64,000 bases of DNA from contig CBDCJH010000002.1 in NCBI GenBank assembly GCA_965217775.1, positions 960,001 to 1,024,000 on the forward strand, given 5' to 3'. The DNA comes from Acidobacteriota bacterium (GTDB taxonomy: Bacteria > Acidobacteriota > UBA6911 > RPQK01 > JAJDTT01). Made by a program: the position numbers and the translations under genes. The notes beneath the pieces are model-generated. The model ran no database searches. It was not told the DNA's origin and saw nothing but the letters and a program-made list of their open reading frames with translations. Of the stretch, positions 16,835 to 26,042 are shown piece after piece. Position 1 is the stretch's first letter. Each line of letters starts with the position of its first letter.

Positions 16835-17461
16835 CTAGAACGGGTGCAACTGGGGGATATTGGTGAGCAGGATCCGTCCTCCGGGTTGCAACACGCGACG
16901 GATCCGGTCCTGGGGGACCCGCGACGAGGCGAACCCGTAGAGCCTCCGGACCTTGTTCACGTAGTCGATGGTTTCCGGGTACGGAGGAACGCCTCCGTAA
17001 CGGACCACCGCGTTCTCTCCCGCGTTGTATCCCGCCAGAGCCAATTCCAGATCGCCCTGGAAATAGTCGAGGAGGAATTCCAGGTAACGAACGCCCCCTT
17101 CGATGTTCTGGACCGGATCGAACACGTCGCGGACGCCGAACCGGCGAGCCGTATCGGGGTGCAGTTGCATCAGTCCCAGGCATCCCTTGGGAGAGACCGC
17201 TTCCGGACGGAAGTTGCTTTCAACGCGGATAACGGCGTTGACCAGATCGATGTCCACGCCGTAGCGCCGGGAGATTTCCTGAACCGTGGACCGATAGAGT
17301 CCAGCCCCCTTGCCGGCCGAAATCGGCGGGATGTCCCGGTCAGGCCGGGCCGGGACCCTGTTGGTGAGCACCCGGACGCCGTCTTCTCTCCAATAGCTGT
17401 GGATTCGATTCGCCAGCAGGGGAGGCGACGCCACCACCAGCACCAGCAGCCAAACCATCAT
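16835..17461 (-). CDS. Lytic transglycosylase (SLT domain)
   Basis: 'AVIRVESNF...AVSPKG.LGLMQL.P.TA', 'ALAGYNAGE', 'PPYPET..YV'. Start uncertain. Confidence 0.92.
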   Translation of the reverse strand: MMVWLLVLVVASPPLLANRIHSYWREDGVRVLTNRVPARPDRDIPPISAGKGAGLYRSTVQEISRRYGVDIDLVNAVIRVESNFRPEAVSPKGCLGLMQLHPDTARRFGVRDVFDPVQNIEGGVRYLEFLLDYFQGDLELALAGYNAGENAVVRYGGVPPYPETIDYVNKVRRLYGFASSRVPQDRIRRVLQPGGRILLTNIPQLHPF

Positions 17462-17599
17462 TTGCCGGATAGGATGCTCTGTCCGCCGGAATGGCCGAGA
17501 AGAAATTCGGATTATTCGATGCGTTGAGTCGGGCGCTGCCATTCGAGTGTCTCGCAACCAGTGTAACAGCCCGTTCACCACGGAGTGTTAGCCTGAAAC

Positions 17600-20242
17600 T
17601 CAGTTCAGCGACTCCTCCACCAGCCGGTAGGTCTGCTCCAGGGCCTCCCCCAGCCGGGAAACGTCCCTGCCTCCGGCTTCGGCCATGTCCGGTCTCCCGC
17701 CTCCGCCTCCACCCACGAGCCGGGCCAGCTTGCGGATCAACTGATGGGCCTGGATCCGATCGGTCAGGTCGTCGCTGACCATGGCGATCAGGCTGACCTT
17801 CCCGTCAATGGGCGTTCCCAGGACCACGACCCCCGACTTGAGCCGGTTCTTGAGTTGATCGGCCAGTTGGCGCAACGAGCTCCGGTCCAGATCCGCCACC
17901 TCTTCCGCCACGACTCGAATTCCCCGGACCCGACGGGACCGGTCCAGGGTGTCCAGGCTCTTCTGCCCGGCCAACTTCAACTGCAGGGCGTCGACCTGCT
18001 TCTGGGCCTGCTTGAGGTCTTCCAGGGATTTCCGGATCGTCGCTTCGAGGTGCGCCATGGGAGTCTTCAACCGCTGGGAGAGGCTGGAGACGATGGCGTC
18101 CATCCGAGAGTAGCGGGACATCGCCGCCTCGCCGGTCAGAGCTTCGATTCTACGCACGCCGGCGGAGACGCTTCCTTCGCTGGTGATCTTGAAGAGTCCG
18201 ATCTCACCGGTTCTTCCCACGTGGGTCCCGCCGCAGAGTTCCATGCTGAAATCGGGAATGGAGACCACCCGCACCTGCGAATCGTATTTCTCTCCGAAGA
18301 GGGCGGTGGCGCCTTCCTCGAGAGCTTGATCCAGACTCCGGACACGGGTGTCGACGGCGATGTCGCGCCGGATTTCCCGATTGACCAGATCCTCCACCTG
18401 GGAAAGTTCCTCCGGCGTCACCGACCGGAAATGGGTGAAGTCGAATCGGAGCCGATCCGGGGCCACAAGGGATCCCGCCTGCTTGACATGGACGCCCAGG
18501 ATCCGGCGTAGAGCGGCTTGCATGAGATGTGTCGAGGTGTGGTTTCGAGCCGTGGCCTGCCGCCGCGGAAGATCCACGCTCGACCGGACGGCGTCTCCGG
18601 AGCTGAGCTCACCCTGCTGCACCCGGACGCGGGAGAGGCGGAGCCCCTGGGCCGGAGTGTAGGTGTCCAGGATCCGAAACTGCACTGAGTCGGTCTCCAA
18701 GGTTCCCCGGTCTCCGACCTGGCCTCCCGCTTCGGCATAGAAGGGACTGCGGTCCAGCACGACCTCGCCTTCTTCTCCGGGTCCCAGGTGCCGGACCCGT
18801 CGCTGGTTGCGAACCAGTGTCAGAACCGAGCCCGAGACGGCTTCCAGTTGCTCGTATCCCGTGAACTCCGTTGCGTATCCTTGTCCGATCAACTCCTGGT
18901 GCACCGGCTGCAGGGTCTTGCCCGCCCCTTTCCAACTGGCGCGAGCCCGCTGGCGCTGCTTCTCCATCTCGGCAAAGAAACCCTGCTCGTCGATCTCAAG
19001 AGAGCGTTCCTGGGCCAGGTCCCGTGCCAGGTCCAGGGGAAACCCGTAGGTGTCATAGAGCCGGAAGAGATCCTCGCCCGGAAGGGTTCCGCTTTCCGAT
19101 TCCCGAACTCGAGCCACGATCTCTTCGAACAGGCCCATACCGTGGTTGAGCGTGGCCCGGAACTTTTCCTCCTCATGACGCACCACCCGCGCCAGGTACT
19201 CCCGTTGAGGCTCCAGATCGGGATAGGGATCGCTCATCAGATCGGCCGCCAGGGTGGCCAGAGTGAACAGGAAGGGCTCTTCCTTCCCCAGCAGTTGACC
19301 GTGCCGAGTGGCGCGCCGCAGGATTTTTCTGAGCACATAACCGCGGCCCTCGTTGTCCGGAATGACCCCGTCCCCGATCAGGAAAGCGCAGGCACGGCCG
19401 TGGTCGGCCAGAATGCGCAGGCTCACGTCCGTCTTCGGGTCGTGTCCATATGAGGAGGCGGTCAGACGCGCGGCCTCCCGGATGAGGGGCTGGAACAGAT
19501 CGGTGTCGTAGTTGCTGGTCACGCCCTGAAGGATGGCCGTGATCCGTTCCAGCCCCATGCCGGTATCGATGGACGGAGAGGGCAGGGCAGCGGTGCGGCC
19601 CTGGGAATCCCGGTTGAACTGCATGAAGACCAGGTTCCAGATCTCCACGTAGCGGCCGCATTCGCATCCCAACTCGCAGTCCCGGTGGTCCAGAGGACTG
19701 ACCCCCAGGTCGTAGTGCAGCTCGGCGCAAGGACCACAGGGTCCCGTGTCTCCCATGGCCCAGAAATTGTCCGCCTCCCCCAGCCGGTAGACCCGCTCTC
19801 GGGGAACGCCGATGTCGTCGCGCCAGAGGCCGTAGGCCTCGTCGTCGTCCTGGTAGACCGTGGCGTGGAGCCGTTGGGCCTCGAGGCCGTACACTTCGGT
19901 GCACAAGTCCCAGGCAAACCGGACGGCTTCCCGCTTGAAGTAGTCTCCGAACGAGAAGTTCCCCAGCATCTCGAAGAAGGTATGGTGCAGGGGCGTTCGG
20001 CCCACGGTGTCCAGATCGTTGTGCTTGCCGCTCACCCGCATGCATTTCTGGCAGGTGGTGGCCCGCTTGTAGTCTCTCTGTTCCAGTCCCTGAAAGACCT
20101 CCTTGAACTGGTTCATCCCGGCGTTGGTGAAGAGCAGCGTCGGGTCGTCTCCCGGAACCAGGGAACTGCTCTTGACGACGCGATGGCCCTGCTCCCGGAA
20201 AAAATCCAGAAAGATGCTGCGGATTTCCGCGGATGTCTTCAT
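17600..20242 (-). CDS. alaS: Alanine--tRNA ligase
   Basis: 'LLFTNAGM', 'HHTFFEMLGNFSFGDYFK', 'IDTGMGLER', editing 'HTSTH' and 'ELCGGTH', DHHA1 'GGGGG'. Confidence 0.98.
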   Translation of the reverse strand: MKTSAEIRSIFLDFFREQGHRVVKSSSLVPGDDPTLLFTNAGMNQFKEVFQGLEQRDYKRATTCQKCMRVSGKHNDLDTVGRTPLHHTFFEMLGNFSFGDYFKREAVRFAWDLCTEVYGLEAQRLHATVYQDDDEAYGLWRDDIGVPRERVYRLGEADNFWAMGDTGPCGPCAELHYDLGVSPLDHRDCELGCECGRYVEIWNLVFMQFNRDSQGRTAALPSPSIDTGMGLERITAILQGVTSNYDTDLFQPLIREAARLTASSYGHDPKTDVSLRILADHGRACAFLIGDGVIPDNEGRGYVLRKILRRATRHGQLLGKEEPFLFTLATLAADLMSDPYPDLEPQREYLARVVRHEEEKFRATLNHGMGLFEEIVARVRESESGTLPGEDLFRLYDTYGFPLDLARDLAQERSLEIDEQGFFAEMEKQRQRARASWKGAGKTLQPVHQELIGQGYATEFTGYEQLEAVSGSVLTLVRNQRRVRHLGPGEEGEVVLDRSPFYAEAGGQVGDRGTLETDSVQFRILDTYTPAQGLRLSRVRVQQGELSSGDAVRSSVDLPRRQATARNHTSTHLMQAALRRILGVHVKQAGSLVAPDRLRFDFTHFRSVTPEELSQVEDLVNREIRRDIAVDTRVRSLDQALEEGATALFGEKYDSQVRVVSIPDFSMELCGGTHVGRTGEIGLFKITSEGSVSAGVRRIEALTGEAAMSRYSRMDAIVSSLSQRLKTPMAHLEATIRKSLEDLKQAQKQVDALQLKLAGQKSLDTLDRSRRVRGIRVVAEEVADLDRSSLRQLADQLKNRLKSGVVVLGTPIDGKVSLIAMVSDDLTDRIQAHQLIRKLARLVGGGGGGRPDMAEAGGRDVSRLGEALEQTYRLVEESLN

Positions 20243-20361
20243 GGCTCTGTTCTCAGTTTGGCGGCGGGAGTTCGGAGGGGTGGAAGAGGCGTCTCGGGAA
20301 TAACTCTGCCCCCACCGAGTTCGGGGTGGGAGCCCCGTGCCCCCCGGGTGAGAAACGCCGG

Positions 20362-21306
20362 CTAAGCTCCGACGTGCGCCTCCCGGTAGACGCTGGTCAT
20401 CCAGCCGTGCCGATCCTCCACCTTACCCTGGACGTAGTCGAAGAAGTCTTCCTGAATCCGGCTGGTGATGGGTCCCCGTCTCCCCGGGCCCACGGCGATG
20501 CCGTCCACCGAGCGGACGGGAGTGACCTCGGCCGCCGTGCCGGTCAGGAAGACCTCGTCGGCAATATAGAGGCGCTCGCGAGATATCTGCTCTTCGACGA
20601 CGGGGTAACCTCGTTCCCGGGCCAGCGCGATGACGGCGCCCCGCGTGATCCCCGGAAGGATGGCGCTGGCCACCGGGGGCGTCGAGATCGTCCCGTCCTG
20701 AATCACGAAGATGTTCTCTCCCGCTCCCTCGCTCACCAGACCGTTCGTGTCGAGGGCGATGCCCTCGGTGTAACCCTTGAGGGTGGCCTCCATGTTGATC
20801 AGGGTGCTGTTGATGTAGTTGCCGCCCACTTTGGCCAGGGTCGGAAAGGTGTTGGGAGCGGCCCTGGCCCAACTGGAGACGCAGACGTCGATCCCCTGTT
20901 CCAGGCCGTCCTCTCCCAGATAGCGCCCCCATTCCCAGACCAGGATGACGACGTCGATGGGGTTCTTGAGGGGGTTGACGCCCAATTCCCCGTAGCCACG
21001 GAAGATCAGGGGCCGGATGTAGCACTGCCGCAGGGAGTTGGCCCGGATCGTCTCCAGGATCGCCTCCTCGATCTCGGCCGGGGAGAAGGGGACGTCGGTC
21101 CGGTAGATCTTGCAGGAGTTGAAGAGGCGCCGAACGTGCTCCTTGAATTGGAAGATCTCGGGTCCCCGGCGAGTCCCATAGCAGCGGATCCCCTCGAACC
21201 AGGAGGTGCCGTAGTGAAGGGCGTGAGACATGACGTGAACAGTCGCCTTCTCCCACGGAACCAGCTTTCCGTTGTACCAGACGTAACTGCTCTTGGGCTC
21301 GATCAT
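20362..21306 (-). CDS. ilvE: Branched-chain amino acid aminotransferase
   Basis: 'HALHYG..FEGIR', 'YIRP', 'AKVGGNY', 'EGAGENIF', 'LPGITR', 'FLTGTAAE'. Confidence 0.95.
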   Translation of the reverse strand: MIEPKSSYVWYNGKLVPWEKATVHVMSHALHYGTSWFEGIRCYGTRRGPEIFQFKEHVRRLFNSCKIYRTDVPFSPAEIEEAILETIRANSLRQCYIRPLIFRGYGELGVNPLKNPIDVVILVWEWGRYLGEDGLEQGIDVCVSSWARAAPNTFPTLAKVGGNYINSTLINMEATLKGYTEGIALDTNGLVSEGAGENIFVIQDGTISTPPVASAILPGITRGAVIALARERGYPVVEEQISRERLYIADEVFLTGTAAEVTPVRSVDGIAVGPGRRGPITSRIQEDFFDYVQGKVEDRHGWMTSVYREAHVGA

Positions 21307-21314
21307 GACGATCC

Positions 21315-21343
21315 AGAATAGGGACCGCTCCGGGTCAAGTCAA
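21315..21343 (-). promoter_or_regulatory. Sigma70-like promoter of ilvE (TTGACT-17-TATTCT), nearly leaderless
   Basis: On the minus strand: TTGACT, 17-nt spacer, TATTCT, 8 nt, ATG. Confidence 0.6.
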
Positions 21344-21425
21344 ACTCCCCGGAGTTCTGATTTCAGCGTCTACCAATGATAGCGAATCAGAGGTGACATT
21401 GACCTCGACGGCCACCCGGCACCGG

Positions 21426-22403
21426 TCATTCCTCGCTCGTCTCCGGGCCGCCGAAATAACCTTTCTTGGCCTGAATCGTCAACTCTTTTTCGCCTGGGTT
21501 TCCGAGCCGGACCTCGATGGTGCGCCAGCCGCCGTTCGTCAACGGATTGGGGGTGATGTAGGCGATCCGGTATTGGTTTCTGAGCTCGCCGGCAATTCGT
21601 CGAAAGACGTCATTGAGCTCGTGAAGCTCCTCGGGAAAATAGACCTTGGCGCCGCTCTGTCCCGATATGGCATCGACCGTGGCCCTCACCTTGTCGTACT
21701 GGGACTTGAACACGCCGAAGAAGCCTCTGTCTCGGCTCAACGCCTGGTCCAGCAGGGCCACCACATAGAGCTGGACGCCGTTGGACCGGGCGATCTTTTC
21801 CAAAAGCTCTTCATGCCGGTAGTAGCTGTCCTTGTCCTCGCCGTCGGTGAACACGGTGACCACCTTCTTGGCTTCGGACCCGGTCCGAGCCTTCTCCAGA
21901 GCGAGATAGATGGCGTCGTAGAGGGCGGTTCCCCCGCCCACGACGGTATTGTCCAGCATGTCCCGGATATCTTCCGGATCCCGGGTGAAGTCCTCTTCCA
22001 AATTCACGTCGTTGTCGAACATGACCAGGAAATGCTCATTGTCCGGATGGCTCAGGGCAAGGAACAGCTTTGTCGCCCGGTGGGCCAGGTCCTGCTTGGC
22101 CCTCATGCTGCCGCTCTTGTCCATGACGATTCCACTGGTGGAGGGAACGTCGTCCTGCCCGAAGTAGGTGATTTCGACCTCGACCCCATCCTCCAGAATG
22201 ATGAAGTCCTCCGAGGTCAGTCCCGAAACCAGTTCGCCGGTGTCGTCATAAACAGCGGCGTACAGGACCACCTGGTCGACTTCGGCGCGGAAGAAGGGGC
22301 GGTCCCTTCTGGCGTCCTCGCCGCCCGATGACTGTGCCGCCAGAGCCAGATTCAGAAAGAGGAGACCGGCCAGAGCGCCCCTGCTCGAAGTGGGAAGGAA
22401 CAT
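21426..22403 (-). CDS. VWA domain-containing exported protein
   Basis: MIDAS 'DKSGSM', 'GGTALYDA', 'FTDGED', 'LRNQY.I.Y'. Signal peptide. Confidence 0.9.
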   Translation of the reverse strand: MFLPTSSRGALAGLLFLNLALAAQSSGGEDARRDRPFFRAEVDQVVLYAAVYDDTGELVSGLTSEDFIILEDGVEVEITYFGQDDVPSTSGIVMDKSGSMRAKQDLAHRATKLFLALSHPDNEHFLVMFDNDVNLEEDFTRDPEDIRDMLDNTVVGGGTALYDAIYLALEKARTGSEAKKVVTVFTDGEDKDSYYRHEELLEKIARSNGVQLYVVALLDQALSRDRGFFGVFKSQYDKVRATVDAISGQSGAKVYFPEELHELNDVFRRIAGELRNQYRIAYITPNPLTNGGWRTIEVRLGNPGEKELTIQAKKGYFGGPETSEE

Positions 22404-22429
22404 GGCGGTGACCCGGGCCCCGCAAGCGG

Positions 22430-23323
22430 CTACTTGTTGGGAGCGAAGTAACCCTTCTTGGCGCGGACGATCAACCTGGGCAGTCCCTCGGGGGGATCCA
22501 GCTTGACCTTGATCTTGCGCCATTTTCCGTTGAAGGTTCGGTCGGTGGGGACGTAGCCCAACAGGTACTGATTACGAAGCTCGGTGTGGATCAGGTCCAC
22601 GAAGTAGTCCAGTTGTTTGAAGTTATTGGGAAAGAATGCCCGCCCGCCGGTCAGGCTGATGATCTCGGCGATGATGTCTCGGCCGTAGGGCAGGCGGCCC
22701 CGTTCGCCGATCACGTAGAGTTGGACGTCCGACTCCTTGACGAACTGTTTCAACTCGCTGAAGGTGTACCGGCTGCTGTTGTCTTCCCCATCCGTGATCA
22801 CGATCAGAGCCTTCTTGTCGCGCCGCGCTTCGCGAATCTTTTCCAAGCCCAGGTAGATGGCGTCGTAGAGAGCGGTCCTTCCCTTGGGGTTCGAGATGGT
22901 GACCTGATTCTGGACATTCTCGCTCTGCGCCGTGAAGTCTTGGACCACCGAGGTCCGGTCGTTGAAGGTGATCAGAAAATACTCGTCCTTGCGGCTGCCC
23001 TGTTTCAGGAAGCGGACCACGGAATTGCGCGCACTCATCATGTTGTCGCCCATGGACCCGCTTCGGTCCAGGATGATGCCGACGCTGATGGGCGCCTTGT
23101 CGACGGAGAAGTGGATGATGGATTGCTCGACCTTGCTTTCGAAGATTCGGAAGTGCTCGGGTTCGAGGCCGATCACGTATCGGTTCAGGGGATCGGTCAC
23201 GGTGACCCGAAGGGCCACCATGTCGACATCGACCCGGAACCGGGGAGGCAGGTCCCGCTCGTTGGCGTTAGCCCAGGTGCTCCCCAGCAACAGTATGAGT
23301 GCGGCTGGGAGAAAACTACCCAT
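22430..23323 (-). CDS. VWA domain-containing exported protein
   Basis: MIDAS 'DRSGSM', 'TALYDA', 'ITDGEDNSS', 'LRNQYLLGY'. Signal peptide. Confidence 0.9.
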   Translation of the reverse strand: MGSFLPAALILLLGSTWANANERDLPPRFRVDVDMVALRVTVTDPLNRYVIGLEPEHFRIFESKVEQSIIHFSVDKAPISVGIILDRSGSMGDNMMSARNSVVRFLKQGSRKDEYFLITFNDRTSVVQDFTAQSENVQNQVTISNPKGRTALYDAIYLGLEKIREARRDKKALIVITDGEDNSSRYTFSELKQFVKESDVQLYVIGERGRLPYGRDIIAEIISLTGGRAFFPNNFKQLDYFVDLIHTELRNQYLLGYVPTDRTFNGKWRKIKVKLDPPEGLPRLIVRAKKGYFAPNK

Positions 23324-23378
23324 GTACTGAAACCATTCTATGCCATACGTTTAAAAAGTAAAAGGCAGCAGGAGGCAG

Positions 23379-23469
23379 GTAGGGGCGCCCCTTGTGGGCG
23401 CCCTCTTCGGTCCATAGCGGAGCAAGACGGGCCCAGACGAAAAGTCGGCGGCTGGAAACCCGCCGCTCC
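23379..23469. repeat. Composite REPIN-like unit (GTAG-REP + inverted GGAG-REP)
   Basis: GTAGGGGCGCCCCTTGTGGGCGCCC ... CGGCGGCTGGAAACCCGCCGCTCC. Inverted homologue of 8476-8565, including the spacer. Confidence 0.8.
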
Positions 23470-23573
23470 GGCAAAGAAATTTTGGTTCCGGCTATTCCGG
23501 AGTGAGGAGTGAGAGAAGACGGGGATCTTGACGACGGAGTGAGTCCAACGCGAAGCCCGGTTCGTCATAGTCT

Positions 23574-25910
23574 TCAATCCCGTCCGTCGACTTCTTCGAA
23601 GTAGTCGGATGCCACCAGAATGTCCCGGGCTTTACTTCCTTCGGGGGGACCGATGATGCCCTCGTGCTCCATGATGTCCAAGAGCCTGGCGGCACGTCCG
23701 TATCCGATTCTGAGCCTTCGCTGCAGGAGGGAAGTGGAAGCCTTGCCGGTCGCCACCGCCAACCGGGCCGCCTCATCGAACAGGCTGTCTTCTGCGGGGG
23801 AGACCCCGCCGACGGCTCCGGGTTCATTCTCCTTCTCGTCGCCGGCGAGGATCTCCTTGCGGTATTCGGGATTGCCCTGGTCCTTGATGAAGGAGGTCAG
23901 GCGGTTGATCTCCTTCACGCTTACCCAGGCCCCGTGGGCCCGAACCAGCCGCGAGGTTCCGGGAGCCAGCACCAGCATGTCTCCCATGCCCAGCAACTGT
24001 TCTGCGCCGTTGCCGTCCAGGATGGTCCTGGAGTCGATCTTGGAGGAGACCCGGAAGGAGATCCGGCTGGGGAAGTTGGCTTTGATCAAGCCGGTGATGA
24101 CGTCCACGGAGGGGCGCTGAGTGGCGAGAATCAGGTGGATCCCAATCGCCCTGGCCATCTGGGCAAGCCGGGTGACGGCGGTTTCCACGTCCTTGCCCGT
24201 GGTGAGCATTAGATCGGCCAGCTCGTCGACGATGACCACGATGTAGGGAAGGGGACCCTCTTTCGACTCGTCCGGATCCTCGGTCACCAGCTCGTTGTAT
24301 TGAGCGATGTTGCGGACACCGGCCCGGGCCAGCGTCCGGTACCGTTGCTCCATCTCCCCCACCGCCCAGTTCAATGCGTTGGCCGCCTGTTTGGGGTCCG
24401 TGACAATGGGTGCCATCAGGTGCGGGATGTCGGCGTACAGTCCCAGCTCGAGCCGTTTCGGATCGATCATGATGAATCGGACTTCATCCGGACCGGCCTT
24501 GTAGAGGATGGAGCAGACGACGCAGTTCAGGGCCACGCTCTTTCCCGATCCGGTGGCCCCGGCGATGAGCAGATGCGGCATTCGCGACAGGTCCGCCACG
24601 TAGTTGGCCCCGTGGATGGTCTTCCCGAGTCCCAGGGCCAGAGGGGACTCCATCTGGTGGAAGCTGCCTGACGAGAGGATCTCTCTCAAATAGATGATCT
24701 GACGATCCAAGTTCGGGACTTCGATGCCGACGGTGTTCTTTCCGGAGATCCGTTCGATCCGGACCGACTCGGCCTTCAGAGCCAGGCAGAGATCGTCCGA
24801 CAGGTTGGTGAGGCGGCTGTACTTGATGCCCGGGTCCGGCTTGAACTCGAAGGTCGTGACCACGGGTCCCGGATGGATCTGCAACACCTGTCCCAAGACC
24901 CCGAACTCGGCACACTTGGTCGCCAGGGCATGGGCTCTTTGAATCAGGTCGGCCTCGTCGACCTCCTGCTTGATCAGGTTCTCTTCCAGGTAATCCAGAG
25001 GAGGGAGTGCGTAGGCGGAAGCCGCGGTCTGCGGCCGCCGGTCGATTCGAGTCGATTCTACGGGAGCCGCCGCCACCGGTACCGCAGCGGGTTCGGCGTC
25101 GGATCCGGGTTCCGGTTCAGCCTCGGGGACGGTGGCCGGAATGGCCTGCGGAACGATCGTCGAGACGGTCTGTGAAACCGTTCGTGGAATGGTCTCCGGG
25201 ATGGTCTCGGGAGGAGGCTCATCCTCGGATTTGACCCCGTCCCAGGTCATCTTCCGGGGCATGGGTTGTGCCACCCGGGATTCCGTCTTCCTGTTCCAGG
25301 TCGCCACTTCCTTTTTCTGGCGCCGTTCTTGAGACCACGCCGAATAGTTTTCCCGGGCGATCCGAAAGAGGTCCCAATTGTGGTTTCCGATCCAGCCCAG
25401 GAACCGGTTCACGGAAAAGGTGGTGCCGGCGACCAGAGACAAAATCAGGACAGTCGCCAGGAGCAGCAGCGCTCCTGGACCGTTCAGCAGGGAGGTCAGG
25501 TATTGCCCCAATATCACTCCCAGGATTCCGCCGGGCGCAAAGTTCACATCCGGACGGACGGGGGGAGGAACGATGGAGAATGCCGCACTCAAGGAGATCA
25601 AGCCGGAGGCAGCGCAAAACAGCTTCAGGAAGGGGTCTTTGAGGCGCCGTCTCCGAAGCCACCGGTATCCCAACAGCAGGAACGGAACGGGCACGCAGAG
25701 GGCCGACCAACCCAGCAGTTGGTAAAGGATGTCCGAACTCAAGGCACCGATCTTGCCCGCCAGATTGGAGTAGATCTGGCTGGACGAGGCGACGCTGAAT
25801 GAAGCGTCGGTGGGATCGTAGCTTACGAGGGACAGGATCAACAGGGCGGAGCCGAAGAGGAGCGAGAGTCCCAACAACTCCGAAACGCGTTGGTAAGCCT
25901 GGATGCTCAT
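23574..25910 (-). CDS. ftsK: DNA translocase FtsK
   Basis: N-terminal 4TM domain, 'PHLLIAGATGSGKS', 'IDPKRLEL', 'IVDELADLM', 'LATQRPS', gamma domain 'LQRRLRIGYGRAAR'. Confidence 0.97.
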   Translation of the reverse strand: MSIQAYQRVSELLGLSLLFGSALLILSLVSYDPTDASFSVASSSQIYSNLAGKIGALSSDILYQLLGWSALCVPVPFLLLGYRWLRRRRLKDPFLKLFCAASGLISLSAAFSIVPPPVRPDVNFAPGGILGVILGQYLTSLLNGPGALLLLATVLILSLVAGTTFSVNRFLGWIGNHNWDLFRIARENYSAWSQERRQKKEVATWNRKTESRVAQPMPRKMTWDGVKSEDEPPPETIPETIPRTVSQTVSTIVPQAIPATVPEAEPEPGSDAEPAAVPVAAAPVESTRIDRRPQTAASAYALPPLDYLEENLIKQEVDEADLIQRAHALATKCAEFGVLGQVLQIHPGPVVTTFEFKPDPGIKYSRLTNLSDDLCLALKAESVRIERISGKNTVGIEVPNLDRQIIYLREILSSGSFHQMESPLALGLGKTIHGANYVADLSRMPHLLIAGATGSGKSVALNCVVCSILYKAGPDEVRFIMIDPKRLELGLYADIPHLMAPIVTDPKQAANALNWAVGEMEQRYRTLARAGVRNIAQYNELVTEDPDESKEGPLPYIVVIVDELADLMLTTGKDVETAVTRLAQMARAIGIHLILATQRPSVDVITGLIKANFPSRISFRVSSKIDSRTILDGNGAEQLLGMGDMLVLAPGTSRLVRAHGAWVSVKEINRLTSFIKDQGNPEYRKEILAGDEKENEPGAVGGVSPAEDSLFDEAARLAVATGKASTSLLQRRLRIGYGRAARLLDIMEHEGIIGPPEGSKARDILVASDYFEEVDGRD

Positions 25911-25928
25911 GTCGGCTCCTTCCGAATT

Positions 25929-26033
25929 CCAGCAGTCCGTGGTGAAAGTCCCGCGAGCACCGAGACCGTTCCTACGCCCGCCGGGATGCAGGGACGGTCG
26001 AATGCCGTGACGACTTTTGCCACGGGCCGCTAG
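25929..26033 (-). mobile_element. Palindromic MITE, copy 4 (105 bp, central 61-bp deletion)
   Basis: CCAGCAGTCCGTGGTGAAAGTC ... GACTTTTGCCACGGGCCGCTAG. The central hairpin is lost between two CCGCCGG microhomologies. Confidence 0.88.
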
Positions 26034-26042
26034 CCGCCCTGA

